A stretch of DNA of 64,000 nt, taken from contig CABZMN010000005.1 of assembly GCA_902526825.1 (NCBI GenBank), forward strand, positions 5,032 to 69,031, read 5' to 3'. A model generated the notes under the pieces. That model saw nothing but the letters and a program-made list of their open reading frames with translations. It searched no databases and had not been told where the DNA came from. Each line of letters opens with the position of its first letter. Position 1 is the first letter of the stretch. The stretch is from an uncultured Candidatus Actinomarina sp. Its GTDB lineage: Bacteria; Actinomycetota; Acidimicrobiia; Actinomarinales; Actinomarinaceae. The position numbers and the translations under genes are program-made. This document shows, piece after piece, positions 39,883-49,258 of the stretch.

Positions 39883-41511
39883 TTAGCCAAAAGAAGGAGA
39901 TTTGGTATTAGGAACGAGTGAAATCCAAACTTTTCCTTTAGGAACATACAATATATTGTTGTTGCTATCAATAATATGAAATGGATCTTCATTTGATCCT
40001 CTTTTCCATCTTGCATCTATAAGCTTTCCACCATGTGCGATAATTGCTCTACCTTCTCCCACAGTTTTAACTGATGGAAGCTGCAATGGATGTAAATATG
40101 GTTCACAAAACAAAGCTATGACTGTATCTGTGGAAATTTGACTACTGTTGCCATTGATATCAATTGTCGTATGCACATTATCTGAACTTTTATTTTTATA
40201 TGCGTCATAATAAGTTCTGGTATATTTATTTCCATTCCATGTCCAAGTAGTACGAGTATATCCTGAAAAAGAAAGAGTTAAATAACTATTAGAAGTCCAT
40301 TCGGAAAAAGTGGGATCTCCCCATGGGAAAAGAGGTTGAGGCGTTTCAACTTTTTTGTACCCTCTTGATAAAGCATGTTCCTTTAATTTATTAGTGTCAG
40401 CATATAAGTTATGAGGTGCTCTTCTGGAAGATATTCTAAAAAATTCTGGTCTTCTGTCAGTAATCACAGGAACACCCATTGCTTCGATTTGTGGGATTAA
40501 ACCTCCTGTTGCACCACTTACAACAAGTACTCCCCCTAACGGTTTTAAAACAGTTGGGTCTGTTGGTCTTGCTGATCTTATTGGTCCATGATAAGTAGTA
40601 TCGCTTTGGTAAAAGATGTTTATGAATCTTGTCATACCACCTTCAACTAAAACTTCAACAACAGCATCAGCATTTTGTGGACCAGACTGTGGTCTAGCAT
40701 TAACATTATTATCATTTTTAACACCAATAACTATTGAATTATTTGCACCACCAGGCATCGGTAAACCATTTACTGGAGAATTAACCCCATCTGAATAATT
40801 TTGTGTTGGGACTCTCCCGATTGATGCATAAGAAGTTTCTACAGGAATAGTTGTAGTTGTTGTTGAATCCGAAGTACCTTCACCAATTTCAATGTAAGAT
40901 GCTTCGCCTTTTTCTAAAGCGGCTTTTGTTATTGGACCAAGTATACCGTCAACAACAAGACCTGATAATCGTTGAAATTCACGAATGGCATTTTTAGTAC
41001 CAATACCATTTATGCCATCAATATCCTTAGTGTATAAATTCAATTCTTTTAATTTTCTTTGAGCATCCTCTATTTCAGCAGAATATACAACAGTTTCAAC
41101 AGTATCAACATCACCTTCACCAATTGCAATATATGATGCTTCGCCTTTTTCTAAAGCGGCTTTTGTTAATGGACCAAGTATACCGTCAACAACAAGACCT
41201 GATAATCGTTGAAATTCACGAATGGCATTTTTAGTTTCAGAATTATTTATGCCATTTATATCGCCATTGTATAAATTTAATTCTTTTAATTTACTTTGAG
41301 CATCTTCAATATTTTCAATAGTTTTAGAAAATATTGTCGTTGTTGTAGTGGTAGTACTTGTAGTTGTAGAAATTATTGTACTTGTTGTAGCTTCGATTTG
41401 TGTTGACGTTGTAGATGTACTTGTATCTACTGTTTCTACATCTAGTGAAGAACAACCTGTAAATGTAGTTAAGAATAAAATTAAGAGAATTAATTTAAAA
41501 TTTTTATTCAC
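39883..41511 (-). CDS. lipoprotein with two peptidoglycan-binding (PG_binding_1-like) repeats and a DUF3048 domain
   Basis: 542 aa. Lipobox LTTFTGCSS and a Thr/Ser-rich linker. Two 79-aa repeats with LKELNLY..DI.GI...TKNAIREFQRLSGLVVDGILGP.TKAAL. C-terminal ARPQSGPQNADAVVEVLVEGGMTRF...IRSARPTD matches the YerB/DUF3048 pattern. Confidence 0.75.
   Translation of the reverse strand: MNKNFKLILLILFLTTFTGCSSLDVETVDTSTSTTSTQIEATTSTIISTTTSTTTTTTTIFSKTIENIEDAQSKLKELNLYNGDINGINNSETKNAIREFQRLSGLVVDGILGPLTKAALEKGEASYIAIGEGDVDTVETVVYSAEIEDAQRKLKELNLYTKDIDGINGIGTKNAIREFQRLSGLVVDGILGPITKAALEKGEASYIEIGEGTSDSTTTTTIPVETSYASIGRVPTQNYSDGVNSPVNGLPMPGGANNSIVIGVKNDNNVNARPQSGPQNADAVVEVLVEGGMTRFINIFYQSDTTYHGPIRSARPTDPTVLKPLGGVLVVSGATGGLIPQIEAMGVPVITDRRPEFFRISSRRAPHNLYADTNKLKEHALSRGYKKVETPQPLFPWGDPTFSEWTSNSYLTLSFSGYTRTTWTWNGNKYTRTYYDAYKNKSSDNVHTTIDINGNSSQISTDTVIALFCEPYLHPLQLPSVKTVGEGRAIIAHGGKLIDARWKRGSNEDPFHIIDSNNNILYVPKGKVWISLVPNTKSPSFG
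40876..41349 (-). repeat. in-frame tandem duplication, 2 x 237 bp
   Basis: Copy 1 begins at 40876 and copy 2 at 41113 (accttcaccaatt...). The core includes a 66-nt run with no differences (tggaccaagtataccgtcaacaacaagacctgataatcgttgaaattcacgaatggcatttttagt). Outer boundaries are approximate. Confidence 0.85.
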
Positions 41512-41554
41512 ACTAAAACTTTAGTAGAAAATTTTAATATTTTACTTCAAATAT

Positions 41555-42670
41555 TTAATCTTTATCCCAAGAAATACTTCCATCTAATGGCATCACATGA
41601 ATCCATTGTTTACTTGGTGGTACCTCAATAATATTTTGATTTGAATCTAAAAATTCAAACTGATTTGCAATATCGTTTCTTCGCCAAGTACCTTCAATGT
41701 ATTTACCATTATGAAATATTGTTAAAGGACCAACACCAACAGTTAGTACGCTTGGTAAAGTTGTTTTTTCATCGTTGTAAAGAGGACCTTGAATTACTAC
41801 AATTGTTGGAGATTTTATAATGTCTGTATAACCATCCCTAGTGATAAAATTATGAGCAACGGCATCATTATCAGGTGAATATGCATCAACAATGAATCTA
41901 TTATATTGTTCATTATCTTTTTTCCAAATAATAGTAGTAAATTCACTATATTTAATTGTTACTCTGTTCGCACCGTCTTGCCAAGATGTTTGATCATTAC
42001 CAAAGCTGTATAGTGGTTTTACATCTTGATTAAATAAAAAACCTCTTTTTTCTACATACTCTCTTACAAGTTCTGTATCGGCATACAAATTATGAGGTGC
42101 TTTTCTACTTCCAATTCTAAACATAGTAGGTGAAGACACTTCTTCAAGTACGGGAACGCCTAACTCTCTAATTGTTGGAATTAATCCATCAGTAGCTCCA
42201 GATACAACAAGAATTCCACCATATGGTCGTATTAAAGTTGGATCCGTAGGTCTTGCTGACCTAACAGGACCAACATAAGAACTAGAACTATCCATAAAGA
42301 ATGCTAGAAATCTAGTCATTCCACCTTCAACTAGAATTTCCATAACACTATCCGCTTGTTGAAGTCCAGACTGGGGGCGTGCATTTAAATTATTATCTAT
42401 TTTAAATGCAAGTACTCTTCTTGGTCTTTTAAGCCATAATTCTGGTGAAATCTCAAGTCCAGTAAATGGTGACATCTTTTCACTGTCATATATATAACTT
42501 TCTATAATTTCTTTTTCTGCGTTATTATCATTTATCGAATTTTCAGTTGTCTCTTGCTCAGCTTGAGCAACAGATGTTGAAGTAGTTGTATCTAGAGTTT
42601 CGGTCGTTTCATTTGAAGCAGAACATAAAACTAAAAATAAGGTCAGTAAAATTAAACCGAGTTTTTTCAT
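41555..42670 (-). CDS. DUF3048-domain lipoprotein (YerB-like)
   Basis: 371 aa. Lipobox LVLCSAS and a Thr/Glu-rich linker. ARPQSGLQQADSVMEILVEGGMTRFLAFF, VRSARPTDP and KAPHNLYADT are paralogous to the C-terminal half of 39883..41511. Confidence 0.75.
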   Translation of the reverse strand: MKKLGLILLTLFLVLCSASNETTETLDTTTSTSVAQAEQETTENSINDNNAEKEIIESYIYDSEKMSPFTGLEISPELWLKRPRRVLAFKIDNNLNARPQSGLQQADSVMEILVEGGMTRFLAFFMDSSSSYVGPVRSARPTDPTLIRPYGGILVVSGATDGLIPTIRELGVPVLEEVSSPTMFRIGSRKAPHNLYADTELVREYVEKRGFLFNQDVKPLYSFGNDQTSWQDGANRVTIKYSEFTTIIWKKDNEQYNRFIVDAYSPDNDAVAHNFITRDGYTDIIKSPTIVVIQGPLYNDEKTTLPSVLTVGVGPLTIFHNGKYIEGTWRRNDIANQFEFLDSNQNIIEVPPSKQWIHVMPLDGSISWDKD

Positions 42671-42674
42671 ATGT

Positions 42675-44321
42675 TTATATTAGTGCTGAGAAAATTAATT
42701 TTATAAGATTTATTTTTGTATTATTTATTTGAAAATATGTAAGGTTCATGAATAATCTTCTTGATTTTTTGTTAGTGATGAACCATGGTGGATCAATTAA
42801 TCTTGATATTCTAAATTTTGTTTCTACTATGCCTTTTAAAGGCGATTCAAAAAGCATAGAGTTGTGCACAAATGATTGTCCACTTTGTATGTCATTATCT
42901 TTATTACCCGGAAAGCCTCCCCAAGGCAGTTGTGGAATAATATATCCAATAGCTGCCCACTCATTAATAGCTATAGTTCCGTATCTTAGATTTTCTATAT
43001 AAGAATTAGTAATATGTTTGTTAAATTTATTGTTATGATCTTTTATAATTACCGAAACACCAAGATTACCCCAAAGCTCATTATTACAATAATCTGTTGC
43101 TTTTTTAACATAATCTTCAGCACTAGAATATCCGATTTTCCTAAAATAAATCGTTGAAGACCAGACCTCGTCTAATTCATATTTATTATATGCCTTAATT
43201 TCGCGTGTTAAATGTGGCGTAGAACAACTAAGAGAATTTACCCTTTCATAGCTTTTATCTTTTTCAAGTTTTGTTAAACGCTCAATACTATCTGGATAAT
43301 AAGCTTTTCTATCTTTTACTTTATTCATATAATATTTAACATACTTAATCAAGGTATCTGTATGACCCCACCCATCTGGTAATACAACTACTTGAGCGGC
43401 GATACAATTAAAACCATTATTATTTAATTTTCCAGTAACAATCTTTCTTGCTTGATATTTTATATCTGAAGTAGACCATTTACCTGGATGAATGATAATT
43501 GGTGTTACATTTCCAAGCTCTGAAGTAATCGTTTTAGAATTAATTTTTGTGACTGTTTTAATGCTACGTTCATTACCAGTTAACTCTTTTCCATAAACAA
43601 TATCTTCATAAGTTTTATCTGATCCAGTTAGATGTATATGATTTATACCTGGGTGTGTAGCCATATACTTTGATTCATTAATATTTCCATTTGTAACAAT
43701 AATGTATCCTCTTTCAATAAAATTTTTAAATACTTTTTCAAATACAGGTTTAAGATATTCGTTAACTGGATTAAGCTTTAATAAAATTACAGACCTTCTA
43801 GTAATTAGATGATATAAGACATCTAAGTATGGTATTGATGAAAAATTACCAGCGCCTAAAACTAATGTTATCGATGGTTCAATATCGTATCTTTTTGAAA
43901 ATCCCCTAAATTTATTTATTTCATCAAATGACATAGATTTATTAAAAAAAACTTTTGCACTAATAAATGGAAATGTAATACTTTCAATAAAATTATTTGG
44001 AAAAACTTTATAACTGTTTTCAGAATTATTAAAATTTTCGTCATTTAAATCATCATCATTTGTAAGACTTTTTATATAATATTGGGTTGCTAGTACCGAA
44101 GCGAAAGGTCCACCTAACCATTCTTCACCTTCAGCAGGTGTTTTAGTAGTTCCTTTGTTGTCAGAGCAAATCGTTGCCCAAAAATAAGAAACTTCTTTTA
44201 TATTTGATATAGTTTCATCTAGCATTGATGCTAACTGGACGTTATTAATGGAATTAAATTCTTTAGATTTTGTTCTTAGAGTACTTATAAATCGATCAAT
44301 ATCTAACTTTGTAAGGGACAT
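42675..44321 (-). CDS. aldehyde dehydrogenase superfamily protein (atypical, long)
   Basis: 548 aa. ALDH-like landmarks by eye are LGAGNFSS (for PWNFP), LKLNP (for KPSE), HLTGSDKTY (for FTGS), SELGNVTP (for ELGG) and NNGFNCIAAQ (catalytic Cys region). Divergent from canonical ALDHs. Confidence 0.55.
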   Translation of the reverse strand: MSLTKLDIDRFISTLRTKSKEFNSINNVQLASMLDETISNIKEVSYFWATICSDNKGTTKTPAEGEEWLGGPFASVLATQYYIKSLTNDDDLNDENFNNSENSYKVFPNNFIESITFPFISAKVFFNKSMSFDEINKFRGFSKRYDIEPSITLVLGAGNFSSIPYLDVLYHLITRRSVILLKLNPVNEYLKPVFEKVFKNFIERGYIIVTNGNINESKYMATHPGINHIHLTGSDKTYEDIVYGKELTGNERSIKTVTKINSKTITSELGNVTPIIIHPGKWSTSDIKYQARKIVTGKLNNNGFNCIAAQVVVLPDGWGHTDTLIKYVKYYMNKVKDRKAYYPDSIERLTKLEKDKSYERVNSLSCSTPHLTREIKAYNKYELDEVWSSTIYFRKIGYSSAEDYVKKATDYCNNELWGNLGVSVIIKDHNNKFNKHITNSYIENLRYGTIAINEWAAIGYIIPQLPWGGFPGNKDNDIQSGQSFVHNSMLFESPLKGIVETKFRISRLIDPPWFITNKKSRRLFMNLTYFQINNTKINLIKLIFSALI

Positions 44322-44330
44322 AGTTACATA

Positions 44331-45842
44331 TTATTCAGTTATTTCAAGAAGTTCAAAATCTCCCCAATTAACGGTTAAATACTTTGCAGGAATAAGCTCA
44401 TTGGGTCTTCCTACAGGTAAATTCTTAGGATAATCTTCTAAGACAGTATCATCTTGTTGTAAATCATCTACTATCAACTTTAAGTTACTTGCTAAATCAT
44501 CAAGCGTTTCTTTAGATTGTGTTTCGGTTGGTTCAAACATTAAAGCTTCTTCAACAATCAAAGGAAAATAAATTGTTGGTGAATGAAAACCTTTATCAAG
44601 AAGTGCTTTACCAACATCATATGCTTTAATTTTATGTGATTTTTTCAAATCTTTTACAGATGCTACAAACTCATGCATACATGGTTCATCATATGCAAGA
44701 GGAATGATTTGAGATACTTTAGAACTAAGATATCGTGCATTTAAAACCGCATATGCACCGAGTTGATCTAATCCTTCTTTTCCAAGTAGTTTCATATAGA
44801 CTAACGCTCTCAAGGTAACTAAAAAGTTTCCATGATATCCATGCATTCTACCAATGCTGTTTTCAGGTTGGTACCAGTTGTATTTACGATCCTTATTCTC
44901 AGCTATAGGACCTGGTAAATATTCTCTTAAAAAACTTTTAACAGCAACAGGACCAGAACCAGGACCACCACCCCCGTGAGGTGTAGCAAAAGTTTTATGT
45001 AAATTTGAGTGAACAATATCAAAACCCATATCTCCTGGTCTTGATGCTCCAACTATCGCATTGAGATTTGCTCCATCATAATAAAGAAGTCCTCCTGCAT
45101 TATGTATAATTTGGGATATTGATAATATTTCCTCTTCAAAAAGGCCTCCGGTATTGGGATTTGTCAACATCAAGCCAGCAGTGTTATCGTTCACAATCTC
45201 TTTTAATTTTTCAATATCTACCATGCCACGTGAATCAGTTTCAACTTCTACAACAGTGAATCCTGCCATTCTTGCAGAAGCTGGATTGGTTCCATGGGCT
45301 GAATCAGGAACAATAATTTCATTTTTATGATTCATATTATTTACTTCTAAATATTTTTTGATAATTAATAATCCAGTTAGTTCTCCAGACGCGCCAGCAG
45401 GTGGTTGAAAGCTAGCATCATCCATACCAGTAATTTCACACAGATAGTTTCCAATTTCGTAATAAACCTTTAAACAGCCCTGGGTAAATTCTTCAGGCAT
45501 AGACGGATGCATATTTGCAAATCTAGAATCAGAGGCAATAGAATCTGCAAACCGTGGATTATATTTCATTGTGCAAGATCCAAGTGGATAAAAACCAAGG
45601 TCAACAGCGAAGTTCCTATGAGCTAGCCTTGAATAATGCATAACCAAATCATGTTCAGATACTTCAGGAAGTCTAGCTTTCTCTTTTTTAAGTGACTCAT
45701 GGTTGATTTTTACTTCAGGTACATCTAACTTTGGAAATTTTGATGCACGGCGCCCAGGACTTGACAATTCCTTTATAGTAGGTTCTGGTTTACCACCAAC
45801 TAATGGTAATGAACTTGCGTTTCCTCCACTAACCATTATCAA
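44331..45842 (-). CDS. gcvPB: glycine dehydrogenase (decarboxylating) subunit 2
   Basis: 503 aa with LPEVSEHDLVMHYSRLA, YPLGSCTMKYNP and PLP-Lys context SNLHKTFATPHGGGGPG. Confidence 0.93.
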   Translation of the reverse strand: MIMVSGGNASSLPLVGGKPEPTIKELSSPGRRASKFPKLDVPEVKINHESLKKEKARLPEVSEHDLVMHYSRLAHRNFAVDLGFYPLGSCTMKYNPRFADSIASDSRFANMHPSMPEEFTQGCLKVYYEIGNYLCEITGMDDASFQPPAGASGELTGLLIIKKYLEVNNMNHKNEIIVPDSAHGTNPASARMAGFTVVEVETDSRGMVDIEKLKEIVNDNTAGLMLTNPNTGGLFEEEILSISQIIHNAGGLLYYDGANLNAIVGASRPGDMGFDIVHSNLHKTFATPHGGGGPGSGPVAVKSFLREYLPGPIAENKDRKYNWYQPENSIGRMHGYHGNFLVTLRALVYMKLLGKEGLDQLGAYAVLNARYLSSKVSQIIPLAYDEPCMHEFVASVKDLKKSHKIKAYDVGKALLDKGFHSPTIYFPLIVEEALMFEPTETQSKETLDDLASNLKLIVDDLQQDDTVLEDYPKNLPVGRPNELIPAKYLTVNWGDFELLEITE

Positions 45843-47136
45843 CCTCCATAAGTGATTCTATATAATTATCGATCTCAATTTTTTTGCGTTTTTCAGTAAC
45901 AGCAACAAGTATGTGTTTTTCATCATATAAAATTCCTGCGAGAAAACCTTTATCACCCATATCTTGAATAACTTCTGCCGCGTCAGACTTTACTTCAAGC
46001 AGGAACTCTCTCAAACTTGAATCATCATTAGGAATTACATAACCATTTTTTATGAGCTGTTTTCTCATATAATTAGCTTTTTGAATAGCATGGTATCCCA
46101 TTTCATAGATACCCTCAGGCCCAAGCCACGAAAGATGAATTGCTGAACCAATTGCATTAAGAGTTTGATTAGTACATATATTAGATGAAGCTTTTTCTCT
46201 TCGGATGTCCTGTTCCCTAGCTCTTAAAGTCATAACATAAGATTTATTTCCATCTTTATCTCTAGACTCACCTATTAATCTTCCTGGAACTAATCGGGCA
46301 AATTCTTTCTTTGTAGCAAACCAACCAACTGTTGGACCTCCAAAAGATAGCGGGGTTCCTAATGATTGTCCCTCCGCTACAATAATGTCAAAACCCATTT
46401 GTCCGGGTGTAGTAAGTACACCCAACATTGAAGGGTCAACATAACAAATAGTTACAAGACCTTTTTCTTTTGCACGTTCAACTATTGAAGTTAAATCCTG
46501 ACATGAACCTTCGTAATGTGGGTAAGAAACTACAAATGCAGCCTGGGATTCATCAAATTCAAAATTTGTCGGAAATAAAAAGTTATTTAGTTCTACATAA
46601 TCTAAATTGAATTTATTTCTATCAATTAATGTATTGATAACTTCTTTACTGTTTGGATTTAAACCCGATGATATAACAACTCTATCACGTTTAGTTTTAT
46701 TAATTGCAACTGAGATCGCTTCAGCTATAGAGGTTGCACCATCATACAAAGAAGCATTAGCTAACTCCATATCAGTTAAATCGCAAACTAATGATTGGAA
46801 TTCAAATAAAACTTGAAGAATTCCCTGTGATATTTCTGCTTGATATGGAGTATATGATGTCATAAATTCAGGTCTCATAGTTAACGATTTGACTGTTTGT
46901 GGAAGATAGACGTCGTAATGACCTCCACCAGCAAAGCAAACTAAATCTGATTTATTACGAGCAGCAATATCATCAAAATAATCAATGGATTCAAGTTCTG
47001 ATAATGATTCAGGTAAATCAAGACCATTTTCTAGCAACAATGCGTCAGGAATATGAGTAAATAGATCATCTAGCGAGTTAATTTTTAACTCATCGAACAT
47101 TTTTTTTAAATCTAATTCAGAATGTGGTACAAACAT
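45829..47136 (-). CDS. gcvPA: glycine dehydrogenase (decarboxylating) subunit 1
   Basis: 435 aa with FAGGGHYDVYLP, YTPYQAEISQG and EQDIRREKASSNICTNQ. Confidence 0.93.
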   Translation of the reverse strand: MFVPHSELDLKKMFDELKINSLDDLFTHIPDALLLENGLDLPESLSELESIDYFDDIAARNKSDLVCFAGGGHYDVYLPQTVKSLTMRPEFMTSYTPYQAEISQGILQVLFEFQSLVCDLTDMELANASLYDGATSIAEAISVAINKTKRDRVVISSGLNPNSKEVINTLIDRNKFNLDYVELNNFLFPTNFEFDESQAAFVVSYPHYEGSCQDLTSIVERAKEKGLVTICYVDPSMLGVLTTPGQMGFDIIVAEGQSLGTPLSFGGPTVGWFATKKEFARLVPGRLIGESRDKDGNKSYVMTLRAREQDIRREKASSNICTNQTLNAIGSAIHLSWLGPEGIYEMGYHAIQKANYMRKQLIKNGYVIPNDDSSLREFLLEVKSDAAEVIQDMGDKGFLAGILYDEKHILVAVTEKRKKIEIDNYIESLMEVDNG

Positions 47137-48155
47137 TAACTTAAAAACCTTTTATTAACTATATTGCCTTCTATTAAATTACCACGAATATCAAACTCTA
47201 TTAAATCGTGAGAGGGCATATTTTCAAATAATATAAAGCCAATACTCTTATTTAATACTGGGGAGAAGTTGCCAGAAGTAACTAAACCCTTAGTTTCTCC
47301 AGCAATACCAACAGTTTCTGTTCTTGCTATCTTTCTTGAATTAATTATAAATTTCTTTAAAACTTTATGGCTTTCACCCGACAATTGATCATTTATTCTA
47401 TCTGAACCCAAATACTCATTTTTATTAGTAATTGTCCAATTTAGAGATGCTTCAACAGGTGTAATATCTTCTGTCAATTCAAAACCATACAATGGAAGTG
47501 ATGCCTCTAGCCTGAGTGTATCTCTAGAACCTAATCCACAAGGTTTTACACCTTTTTCAGTTAAGAATATTAATAATGACTCTGCGTCCTCATTATTTGC
47601 CATAATTTCGACTCCATCCTCTCCCGTATAACCTGTTCGAGCGTAAAGAAAGCTTTCTGTCATATTTGTTGAAAACTTATCTGGAATCTCAAATCTATCT
47701 TGAATTAATTCAATAGTATCTGGTCCTTGTACCGCTATAAGAACAGTGTCTGGTGATTTATCAATAAACTCAACATTGTGTGAAACTAAGTGAGATTTAA
47801 TCTTTTCTAAATTAGATGCATTCGGAATCAGTATTATCTTGTCATCAAATTTCCAAAAAATAACATCATCAAGAGCATTCCCATCTGTGTTTGTAAAAAT
47901 AGAATAAAGAGCCTTATTAGTCGGAATATCAATGATTTCAGAACAAATTAATTTAGTTATTTTTTCAATTTGAGAATATTGGATCTCTAGACGACCCATA
48001 TGAGATACGTCAAAAAAACCTGATGATGATCTAACAATATCATGTTCTTTTAAAGTACCTTCATAGGAAAAAGGCATTGACCAATCACCAAAATCAATAA
48101 ATTTAGCTTTTTGAGATAAATGGTATTTGTGAAGTTGAGTAGTTTTTTTATCCAT
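47136..48155 (-). CDS. gcvT: glycine cleavage system aminomethyltransferase T
   Basis: 339 aa with FGDWSMPFSY, FDVSHMGRLEI, ARTGYTGEDGVEI and RDTLRLEA. Confidence 0.92.
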   Translation of the reverse strand: MDKKTTQLHKYHLSQKAKFIDFGDWSMPFSYEGTLKEHDIVRSSSGFFDVSHMGRLEIQYSQIEKITKLICSEIIDIPTNKALYSIFTNTDGNALDDVIFWKFDDKIILIPNASNLEKIKSHLVSHNVEFIDKSPDTVLIAVQGPDTIELIQDRFEIPDKFSTNMTESFLYARTGYTGEDGVEIMANNEDAESLLIFLTEKGVKPCGLGSRDTLRLEASLPLYGFELTEDITPVEASLNWTITNKNEYLGSDRINDQLSGESHKVLKKFIINSRKIARTETVGIAGETKGLVTSGNFSPVLNKSIGFILFENMPSHDLIEFDIRGNLIEGNIVNKRFLS

Positions 48156-48517
48156 TAAGATACAAAAGTTTCATACTCTTGATAAGACATTCCTGAATCA
48201 TCAACAGTATTTACTTTTGCTTTAAACATCCACCCATCACCGCATGGATCATTGTTAATGGTCTCAGGCTCATTTTCAAGTCGTGAGTTTACAGCCGTAA
48301 TTATGCAATCCATAGGTGCATATGCATCTGCAACAGTTTTAGTAGCTTCAACTTCAACTACTGCAGTACCCTTTTCAAACTCTTGTCCAACTTCAGGCAA
48401 TGTTACATAAACAATATCCCCTAACTCATTTTGAGCAAAATCAGAAATACCAACTGTTATTTCATCATCTTTCATGAGATACCACTCATGAGTTTCTAAA
48501 TATTTTATATCTGACAT
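48155..48517 (-). CDS. gcvH: glycine cleavage system H protein
   Basis: 120 aa. THEWY, GISDFAQNELGDIVYV, and lipoyl-lysine context VEVEATKTVADAYAP. Confidence 0.93.
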   Translation of the reverse strand: MSDIKYLETHEWYLMKDDEITVGISDFAQNELGDIVYVTLPEVGQEFEKGTAVVEVEATKTVADAYAPMDCIITAVNSRLENEPETINNDPCGDGWMFKAKVNTVDDSGMSYQEYETFVS

Positions 48518-48523
48518 ACTCTC

Positions 48524-49237
48524 CTATCTCGGCTTAACCGTTGATAGACCCCCATCAACATGTATAGTTTGACCAGTAACCCATTTTGAGTCTTCTGATA
48601 ACAACCATTTTACAACAGGAAGTATATCATTAAAATCACCAATTTTTTGTATTGGATACATTGATTTTGATAATTCTCTGGCTTGTTCTGTTGCAAGTAA
48701 TCGTTGACTCATGTTCGTATCCATAAGTCCCGGTGCAATAACGTTTACTCGGAGATTATCTTTTGCATAAGATGCCGCAGCTGATCTTGCCATACCTTCT
48801 AATCCAGCTTTAGCAGCTGCAATAGCTTCGTGATTAGAAAGACCTTTAGTGCCTGCAACAGATGAGAAAAAAATAGCAGATCCATTTTTCATACGCCTAG
48901 CAAATGAGCTTAAGAGATAGTAACTTGAAAAAAGGTTTACTCTAAGAACTTCTTCAAACTCTTCAGTCTTAGTTCCGTGTAAAGGTTTTATCAAAATTGA
49001 ACCTATGCAATTTACAAGACCTTTTATTTCTTTATCGTCAGGAATTATTTTAGAAAATTCACGTTGTTCTATAGTGTTAGTTAAGTCAATAAGTGAATAC
49101 TGGGCATCGATTTCTTTACTTAATGAAGAAAGTTTTTCTTCATCTCTTCCAATTAGATGAACTTCGTTTTCTTTGGCTAATTCTTTTGAAATAGCACTAC
49201 CTACAACTCCTGTAGCTCCTGCAATGATATAGACCAT
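48524..49237 (-). CDS. short-chain dehydrogenase/reductase (SDR)
   Basis: 237 aa. GATGVVGSAISKEL Rossmann motif, SSVAG and Y-x3-K as YAKDNLRVNVIAPG context. Confidence 0.85.
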   Translation of the reverse strand: MVYIIAGATGVVGSAISKELAKENEVHLIGRDEEKLSSLSKEIDAQYSLIDLTNTIEQREFSKIIPDDKEIKGLVNCIGSILIKPLHGTKTEEFEEVLRVNLFSSYYLLSSFARRMKNGSAIFFSSVAGTKGLSNHEAIAAAKAGLEGMARSAAASYAKDNLRVNVIAPGLMDTNMSQRLLATEQARELSKSMYPIQKIGDFNDILPVVKWLLSEDSKWVTGQTIHVDGGLSTVKPR

Positions 49238-49258
49238 AAATAGTAGTTTAAAAGAAAA

